DNA of 64,000 bases from Candidatus Oxydemutatoraceae bacterium (GTDB lineage: Bacteria > Pseudomonadota > Gammaproteobacteria > Poriferisulfidales > Oxydemutatoraceae): positions 780,769 through 844,768 of the forward strand of contig OZ244779.1 of NCBI GenBank assembly GCA_965219575.1, written 5' to 3'. Below are positions 57,055 to 64,000 of the stretch, piece by piece (within the stretch, counting starts at the first letter, position 1; every line of letters begins with the position of its first letter). Below the pieces are notes generated by a model. The model was not told the origin of the DNA and did no database searches. It saw nothing but the letters and a program-made list of their open reading frames with translations. The position numbers and the translations under genes are program-made.

Positions 57055-59676
57055 TTAGGCGGCGAGCCGGCGTAGCACATAGTGCAGAATCCCACCGTTG
57101 TCGTAATAATCCTGCTCTTGCGGTGTATCTATGCGGATGCGTACCTTAAAGGTTTTGCTTCGCCGGTTTCCGTCCTCCACACCGACATCTGCGGTGCCGT
57201 CTTTATCGGTGCGAATCGTATAAACTTCATTTCCCTCAAGCCCCAAAGATTGAGCACTGTCGCCCTCTAAAAATTGTAGAGGCAATATGCCCATCCCGAT
57301 CAAGTTGGTTCTGTGTATGCGTTCGAAACTTTCGGCGATGACCGCCCGAACACCCTGTAGTCTAGGCCCCTTTGCCGCCCAGTCGCGCGATGAACCGCTG
57401 CCGTATTCTTTGCCGGCGACGACGATAGTCGGCACCGACTCCTGCAAATAGCGCATCGCCGCATCGTAAATAGTCATTTGTTCCTTGGACGGGAAATGAA
57501 GCGTATAACCTCCCTCTACATTCAGTACTAATCGGTTGCGCAGGCGGATATTGGCAAATGTGCCTCTGACCATCACTTCGTGGTTGCCTCGCCGTGAACC
57601 ATAGGAATTAAAGTCCTGCACCTGCACGCCCTGCGATTTCAGGTATACTCCCGCCGGGCTATCGGGTGCAATCGCACCGGCCGGCGAGATATGGTCGGTG
57701 GTCACCGAGTCGCCCAAGATAGCAAGCACTCTTGCATTCTCGATCGGTGCCGGTTGTTGCACCTCTAAAGAGAGGTTTTCAAAATACGGTGGATGCGCAA
57801 CATAAGTAGAATCTGCCCAATCGTAAAGCGTATCGGCGGGGCTTTCCAAGTTGCGCCAATCTTCGGTGCCGTCGAATATCTCGGAATAAATAGCCCTGAA
57901 CTGATCCGCCGACAATGCCTGTTTAAGCAGTGCATCGAGTTCCGTGCGGCTCGGCCAAATATCTTTTAGAAAGACCTGCCGTCCTTGTTCGTTGGTCGCA
58001 AGAGGTTCTTTATATAAATCTATATCCATCGTGCCGGCGAGTGCATAGGCAATTACCAGTGGTGGAGAAGCGAGGTAGTTCAGTTGCACTTGCGCGTGTA
58101 TCCGCCCCTCGAAGTTCCTATTTCCGGACAACACCGCACTTGCCGCGAGCTTGTGTTCTTTGACGGCATCGGCAATCACCTCGGGCAAGGGACCCGAGTT
58201 TCCTATGCATGTGGTGCAACCATAGCCTACATTATAAAAACCGAGTGCTTGCAACGCATCGCTTAGTTTTGCGCTTTGCAGATAATCGGTGACGACACGC
58301 GAGCCGGGGGCAAGCGATGTCTTAACCCACGGCTTGGCCTTGAGTCCGAGTGCGGCAGCTTTTTTTGCCAGCAGTCCCGCCGACAGCATCACCGAGGGGT
58401 TTGAAGTATTGGTGCAAGAGGTAATCGCAGCGATGGCAACGAAACCGTCGCGCAAAGTTACTCGCTCGCCGGCTATCTCGATGTCGGCATGCTTCGGTAT
58501 CGGGTTGATTTTTTCAAAGGCTTCGCGACATTTTTCCCGTGCAAGGTTCAACGGGATGCGATCTTGAGGACGCTTCGGCCCGGCAAGGCTCGGCACGACT
58601 TCGCTCAGGTTAAGGCCGATCGTCTCATCGTATTGCAACTTATTTTTATCGTTGCGCCATAAACCGCACTGCTTGGCATAGGCTTCTATCAAAGCGATCT
58701 CGTCGTCGCTGCGACCGCTCAAAGATAGGTAGTCTAAGGTCTCTCGGTCTATAGGAAAGATGCCGCAGGTCGCACCGTATTCGGGTGCCATGTTGGCGAT
58801 GGTTGCACGGTCTCCCAGCGACAATTCATTCAAGCCGTCGCCGTAGAACTCTACGAACTTGCCGACTACGCCCAGTTTGCGCAACATTTCTACGACCGTC
58901 AACACCAGATCGGTTGCGGTTGAACCTTCGGGCAATTTTCCGCATAGCTCAAAACCTACGACCTCGGGAATCAGCATGGAGATAGGCTGTCCCAACATAG
59001 AGGCTTCGGCTTCTATGCCGCCGACACCCCATCCCAACACGCCGATGCCGTTGATCATCGTGGTATGCGAATCGGTGCCTACCAATGTATCGGGGTACGC
59101 TAATTTTTCGCCTTGATCTTCGTTCACGAATATAACCCGTGCCAGATATTCCAGATTGACCTGATGCACGATGCCCGAACCGGGCGGCACGACTTTGAAG
59201 TTGGAGAATGCCTTTTGTCCCCACTTCAGAAAATTATAGCGTTCGCGGTTGCGCTGAAATTCTATTTTTGTATTGAGGTCTAGTGCCCTGTCGTTGCCGA
59301 ATTTGTCTACCTGAACCGAGTGGTCTATGACGAGTTCGGTAGGTTGCAAAGGGTTGATTTTATCGGGGTCTAGTCCCAAACGATGCATTGCAGCCCGCAT
59401 CGCTGCAAGGTCTACCACCGCCGGCACACCGGTAAAATCTTGCATTAATACCCGTGCCGGGCGATAGGCGATCTCTTTGTTCTCGCCTTTTCTATCGAGC
59501 AAAGCCTGTATATCCGCTTTATTCACGGTGTTTCCGTCTTCGTAGCGCAACAAATTTTCCAATAAAATCTTCAAGCAAAACGGCAAACTGCGCGCCTGCT
59601 CGAGTCGCGATATATCAAAGATAGTATAAGAGTCGCTGCCCACTTTAAGAGTCGTTTTAGTATCAAAGCTGTTCAT
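57055..59676 (-). CDS. acnA: Aconitate hydratase A
   Basis: MQDFTGVPA, VGTDSHTTM, AITSCTNTSNP, GYGCTTCIGNSG, YGSGSSRDWAAKG. Confidence 0.97.
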   Translation of the reverse strand: MNSFDTKTTLKVGSDSYTIFDISRLEQARSLPFCLKILLENLLRYEDGNTVNKADIQALLDRKGENKEIAYRPARVLMQDFTGVPAVVDLAAMRAAMHRLGLDPDKINPLQPTELVIDHSVQVDKFGNDRALDLNTKIEFQRNRERYNFLKWGQKAFSNFKVVPPGSGIVHQVNLEYLARVIFVNEDQGEKLAYPDTLVGTDSHTTMINGIGVLGWGVGGIEAEASMLGQPISMLIPEVVGFELCGKLPEGSTATDLVLTVVEMLRKLGVVGKFVEFYGDGLNELSLGDRATIANMAPEYGATCGIFPIDRETLDYLSLSGRSDDEIALIEAYAKQCGLWRNDKNKLQYDETIGLNLSEVVPSLAGPKRPQDRIPLNLAREKCREAFEKINPIPKHADIEIAGERVTLRDGFVAIAAITSCTNTSNPSVMLSAGLLAKKAAALGLKAKPWVKTSLAPGSRVVTDYLQSAKLSDALQALGFYNVGYGCTTCIGNSGPLPEVIADAVKEHKLAASAVLSGNRNFEGRIHAQVQLNYLASPPLVIAYALAGTMDIDLYKEPLATNEQGRQVFLKDIWPSRTELDALLKQALSADQFRAIYSEIFDGTEDWRNLESPADTLYDWADSTYVAHPPYFENLSLEVQQPAPIENARVLAILGDSVTTDHISPAGAIAPDSPAGVYLKSQGVQVQDFNSYGSRRGNHEVMVRGTFANIRLRNRLVLNVEGGYTLHFPSKEQMTIYDAAMRYLQESVPTIVVAGKEYGSGSSRDWAAKGPRLQGVRAVIAESFERIHRTNLIGMGILPLQFLEGDSAQSLGLEGNEVYTIRTDKDGTADVGVEDGNRRSKTFKVRIRIDTPQEQDYYDNGGILHYVLRRLAA

Positions 59677-59744
59677 AGTCCGATTGATTGTTGTAATGTA
59701 TGGATTTTTAATATTCCTGTATGATTGTGTTTACAAACAACGGG

Positions 59745-59786
59745 AATAATGACGATTATTATGCCCTATTTGCCGAGTTGTGACAA
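59745..59786 (-). promoter_or_regulatory. Predicted sigma70 promoter of acnA overlapped by a Fur-box-like site
   Basis: Minus strand TTGTCA-N17-CATAAT (59786-59758); AATAATGACGATTATTATG at 59745-59763 matches GATAATGATAATCATTATC at 14/19. Confidence 0.4.
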
Positions 59787-59891
59787 TGCCGTCCGGCATT
59801 CCCTTGCCGACGGGGAGGCTGCTAAAATCGTTTAGCCGTCAATTTTGTAGGCATCCGAACTAATCGAAATATAAGAAGTTAGGGTTAACGG

Positions 59892-62800
59892 TTATTGCAT
59901 CAGACCTTCTAAGAATACTCTGATGTTTAGTGATCCGGTCGTAGATTCACGGCCGGATTCAGGGCTGGATTCAGGGCTGGATTCAGGGCTGGATTCACTT
60001 AATACAATGGTGTATTCGCGTGTTCCGCGCAGGATGTAACGAGCGTGTGAACTTACTTTTATCACGATCGTCACATCATGTTCGTCACTCATTAGTGTAT
60101 GGACAAAAGAGGCATTATTAGGCAATTCTTGGAAGTTTTGGGTGCCTATTTTGTAGCTGATAGTATTGCTACTGTTATTTGCGATAGGGGTTAATCTAAT
60201 TCGGATAGTTGCTACATCAAATTCCGCTTCGTATTCTAAAATTTCAGGATCAAAATCCGTGTCTAATTCTCTCTCTTTATACATTATGAAATCGCCGCTG
60301 CTGTTACTTTCCTCGAGCCGCAATGCCACCAGAGTAGGTTGCTGTCCACCCAATATCGACCCACAATCGGGTAATTCGGTATTAGGATCCGTATCGCATT
60401 GAGGGTCACCTATGGGTGCGATGCCTTTTCCGTATCCGAGTATAGGATATTCATTGCTCGTGCCGAAGTCCCAGTCTTCGATAGACCACTCACTATAAAT
60501 ACCGGTATTCGTTGTGGGTGTTTTAAGGTCTGTCGCCGATTGTTTTGGTTCGTATCCAAAACTTATATTTCCTCGTCCTACATCGAGAAGTCCGCCGCCG
60601 TCGTTTTGCCGATAACTTGCATTTATAGTAGCTGAACCGCCATTGTAGTTGCCGATTAGACCCCCTACGACGGAGGTTGTAGAAGTTCCTATAACCGGAC
60701 TCGTTGTATAACTGTTTCGCAGTATGACATTTTCCATAGTTCCGATTAAACCACCCAAGTTTGTATGTCCCGATACGGAGCCGCTGGAATAAGTGTTTGC
60801 GATAGCACTTCTTAGTCCTGTATGACGACCTATCAACCCGCCTAGGTTTTGACTATTGTCCCCGCCACCTTGAACATTGCCGGTTGCGAAACTGTTGGAA
60901 ATTCTAGGAGTCGGAGCCCCGGAATCAGGGTTGTCATTTGATCCGACCAGTCCCCCTACATTGAGGATACCGGAGACATTGCCGGTTGCGAAACTATTGG
61001 CAATATAGTTTCTGTTACCGCCGACCAATCCGCCTACATCGGTGATATTTTCTCCTACAATGTCGCCGCTTGCATAACCACCGTTAATTGTTCCTTGGTT
61101 GACACCGACCAGCCCGCCTAATCCACCTAAATAAGGTTCGACCGTTAACCTTAACCTTCTTTCTAAATCTCCGCTACCGACTATCGCAACATTTGCATGG
61201 CTATCGATAATACGCCCGTCGCTAAGATTAATACCGACGAGGCCGCCTATCCGACTATCTTCCGAAATCCGATCCGGTATGCGGAACCCGATTATTGAAC
61301 CGCTCGCATGACTATTAAGAATCAAACCGGCGTTGCTTGCCACCAATCCACCTATCGCAGCAAGTCCTTGTATATTTGCATCCAATAGACCCAAGTTCCG
61401 AATTTTGCCGTCCTTCGTCAGATGATTAAATAGAGCCACGAATAATGAAGTGGGGGAATTTATAAACAGATTGGATATCGTCAGGTCGTTTCCTTCAAAG
61501 GTCGTGCTAAAACCACCGTCCAGCCCGCCGATTGGTTGCCAACCTGGATTAGTACGCCATGTATTCATGTTCGTGCTATCGTTATAATGTTCGGGTTCGC
61601 CGAAGTTTAAATCTCTGCTTAATTCGTAGCCTCGGCAACGATTTTCCATACAACCGAAGGTGACTTTGCCGGCCGAATTGTTGCCGGTGTTATAAGCACT
61701 GCCGTCTAATTGATAGCGAATCGCGTCTAAATCCTCCAAATAGTAAATCTCTATCAGATTGTCGCCGTCGTCGTCGGCTTTTATCCTAAACGGACCTATT
61801 CGTGTTGTTACCGTATGGTTTTGGGCATCGGTGTGTGTTATCAACACGCGATAGCGAGTACTACCGGGAGTATTCTGCGGTATGGCGAAGGTGTTGGTGC
61901 TAACATCACTAATGTCTGTCCAGTCAATGCCCAATTTTCTTTCTTGCCATTGATATGTGAAATCTCGGTCGCCGTCACCGTCCGCATCGGTTTTTACTCG
62001 GACGGTGATGGTGGTGGTACTTATTTCTGTTTCTACATCGGGAGGCCCGTTATCTATGCGATTGATTCTCAATACCGTACTACGGCTGGTTGAGGAACCG
62101 TCACCGTCGTCGACTCTCAGCGTAAATGTGACATCACGATTATCATCGGTTCCCACGAAATCTTCGGGTATCTTAAAACTTAAGGTAGGGGCGGTTAGTT
62201 CCGATACGCTTATCGGTTCATCCGGAGAGCGTGTCCACGCATAGCTATAGGGTTCGGTGCCGCCGGTGACTACGGGTGTCAGAGTAATCGTGCTTCCCTC
62301 ATCGACCGTGCCATCTTCGTTCGCAGGCTCAATGCCGAATGTTTCGGATATTGAAAGGTTGGGACCGGGCACTATGAGTGTATAAAGTGTACTAATATCT
62401 GCATCTATAACTTCAATGGTTAAAATTCTTACTGTATTTTTTAATGCAATTTCTTCGCTTGCGTCCCCGCTACTTCTATTGCCGAAATAATTGATATCTT
62501 CTCCTTGTTCGGTAATGGTAATCGTTGCGTTGTCACCGTTGACTGCGAACGGCAGGATTTGAAATTTATCCGAGTCTAGGTTGGGGATAATATAATCGTA
62601 GATCAAAGACGAGAAAGACCGGTCGCGAAATCTCAAATCCTTATTGCTTATCTCGCCGTTTTCTAGTAAAAATAAAGCACTCAGCCCGCTGTCACGTTGA
62701 TTGGCTAACAAGGTGCCGCATTGCGGCAGCGAGGTTCGAGGGTCGGTATCGCATGTGTCTGCCGTATTGATAGGATCTGCGTGGCGGAGGGCAGGATAGA

Positions 62801-63998
62801 TTGTACTGTTTCCGAAATCCCAATCGGTAGTACTCCATTGCCCGTATATACCGCTTGCATCGGTCGGTGATTTAAGGCTTTCGGCAGTTAGTCCCGCCGT
62901 ATAAAAGACATATCTAGAGAGTCCTATATCATTGAACAAGGAGTCCGGTTTTCTTGCCCAATAGCTTCGGTTTAGGCCGGTAACTATTCTGTCATCACCG
63001 GGTATATTCCTGCCTACTAATCCGCCTACAAAGTAGTTGAGTCTGCTTTCGGAGCCTATCACACAGCCTGTTGTATAGCTATTGGTAATTGAACCACCCG
63101 CGCTCGTTGTGCCGGCTATGCCACCGATGAAATTATCACCCATGACACAACCGCTCGCATAACTGTTGCTAATTCCGAATGAGCTACCTCTTCTGCCGAC
63201 GAATGTCCCTACTAATCCGCCTACGCGCGTTGCTCCACGAACATTACCGCTCGCATAGCTATTGGCGATGTTGATAAAATCACCACGGCCGATTAAACCG
63301 CCTATTCTTTCTTCTTTTCCGATGACATCGACTATTGCGTGGCTGTTGGCAATAGTCGTTAGTTCGGCATCACCGACTAACCCGCCTAAGTTTGCATCTC
63401 CGACAATAGTGCCGGTGGCATAGCTGTTAGCGATCAAACCTGCATAACTACCGGCAGCTAATCCGCCCACATTTAACTTTCCTCTGATGTTGATATCGGG
63501 CAAGCCGAGATTGACTATCCTGGCGTGTCGGGAAGTGCCGTCTCTAGTTTGTTGTCCTGCCCGACCGAATAGCCCCACATTATCCGAAGTGTCGGGGTTA
63601 GTTCTGTTAATTTGCAGATTGGAAATCGTATAGCCGTTGCCTTCGAAGGTAGCGTGAAAAGCCCGATTTACGACCCCGATCGGCAACCAGCCTTCATCGC
63701 CGCTATCCTCGTAATCGTCAACCGTCCATCGTTTTTTATTGGATATTGAGAAATAGCTTGCGTTGCTATCAAAATCCAAATCTCTAGCCAACTCGTACCC
63801 GACACAGCCGGTGTTCGGGCAGCCGTCGGTGATTGTTTTAGCAATTGCGTTTGCTCTATAGCCTTTTCCGTCCGGTCGATAACGGATTGCGTCTAAATCT
63901 TCCAAGTAGTAAATCTCGATGAGTCCGTCGTTGTCTGCGTCTATATCTACTCGGAGCGGCCCTATAGTTTCGTTGGGTACATTCCTAACGATTAAGGT
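59892..63998 (-). CDS. Giant GLUG-repeat / cadherin-like surface protein (5' end outside window)
   Basis: Two modules starting D..D.LIEIYYLEDLDAIRY..GC..C.GYEL, many GGLVG repeats, WDFG..YP; frame open to the window edge. Confidence 0.85.
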   Translation of the reverse strand, partial: TLIVRNVPNETIGPLRVDIDADNDGLIEIYYLEDLDAIRYRPDGKGYRANAIAKTITDGCPNTGCVGYELARDLDFDSNASYFSISNKKRWTVDDYEDSGDEGWLPIGVVNRAFHATFEGNGYTISNLQINRTNPDTSDNVGLFGRAGQQTRDGTSRHARIVNLGLPDINIRGKLNVGGLAAGSYAGLIANSYATGTIVGDANLGGLVGDAELTTIANSHAIVDVIGKEERIGGLIGRGDFINIANSYASGNVRGATRVGGLVGTFVGRRGSSFGISNSYASGCVMGDNFIGGIAGTTSAGGSITNSYTTGCVIGSESRLNYFVGGLVGRNIPGDDRIVTGLNRSYWARKPDSLFNDIGLSRYVFYTAGLTAESLKSPTDASGIYGQWSTTDWDFGNSTIYPALRHADPINTADTCDTDPRTSLPQCGTLLANQRDSGLSALFLLENGEISNKDLRFRDRSFSSLIYDYIIPNLDSDKFQILPFAVNGDNATITITEQGEDINYFGNRSSGDASEEIALKNTVRILTIEVIDADISTLYTLIVPGPNLSISETFGIEPANEDGTVDEGSTITLTPVVTGGTEPYSYAWTRSPDEPISVSELTAPTLSFKIPEDFVGTDDNRDVTFTLRVDDGDGSSTSRSTVLRINRIDNGPPDVETEISTTTITVRVKTDADGDGDRDFTYQWQERKLGIDWTDISDVSTNTFAIPQNTPGSTRYRVLITHTDAQNHTVTTRIGPFRIKADDDGDNLIEIYYLEDLDAIRYQLDGSAYNTGNNSAGKVTFGCMENRCRGYELSRDLNFGEPEHYNDSTNMNTWRTNPGWQPIGGLDGGFSTTFEGNDLTISNLFINSPTSLFVALFNHLTKDGKIRNLGLLDANIQGLAAIGGLVASNAGLILNSHASGSIIGFRIPDRISEDSRIGGLVGINLSDGRIIDSHANVAIVGSGDLERRLRLTVEPYLGGLGGLVGVNQGTINGGYASGDIVGENITDVGGLVGGNRNYIANSFATGNVSGILNVGGLVGSNDNPDSGAPTPRISNSFATGNVQGGGDNSQNLGGLIGRHTGLRSAIANTYSSGSVSGHTNLGGLIGTMENVILRNSYTTSPVIGTSTTSVVGGLIGNYNGGSATINASYRQNDGGGLLDVGRGNISFGYEPKQSATDLKTPTTNTGIYSEWSIEDWDFGTSNEYPILGYGKGIAPIGDPQCDTDPNTELPDCGSILGGQQPTLVALRLEESNSSGDFIMYKERELDTDFDPEILEYEAEFDVATIRIRLTPIANNSSNTISYKIGTQNFQELPNNASFVHTLMSDEHDVTIVIKVSSHARYILRGTREYTIVLSESSPESSPESSPESGRESTTGSLNIRVFLEGLMQ
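59955..59996. repeat. 12-bp coding tandem repeat (3.5 copies; SSPE linker)
   Basis: GGATTCAGGGCT repeated. Confidence 0.9.
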
Positions 63999-64000
63999 TT

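Overview
Core chromosome of a gammaproteobacterium: smc-zipA-ligA, folD, ilvD, egtBC, a two-subunit formate dehydrogenase, yhdP, mutS, pncC/cinA, recA-recX, msbA-lpxK-ycaR-kdsB, a Gld-like ABC system, purB, fumC, acnA, and the 3' part of a giant GLUG-repeat protein. C1 genes (Ftr/FhcD, FolD, 5-formyl-THF cyclo-ligase, FDH, pterin dehydratase) suggest methanopterin/folate C1 metabolism. The giant repeat protein and gene decay hint at a host-associated lifestyle, which is inference only. Accessory content: an IS1202-family element with a 16-bp target duplication; an intact IS1016-like IS splitting a fucosyltransferase-like gene; IS256 and IS481 remnants around an AT-rich fucosyltransferase; a collapsed Mu-like prophage remnant; and nested palindromic intergenic repeats. 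Three strongest leads: (1) a tightly packed cyclo-ligase/Ftr/FolD operon that could bridge methanofuran-bound formyl groups into the folate pool; (2) an intact PBECR2 nuclease domain followed by a predicted pseudoknotted non-coding segment; (3) the nested repeat family, often found at gene-truncation junctions. No rRNA, tRNA or CRISPR array was seen. Family calls come from reading motifs by eye, not from database searches.
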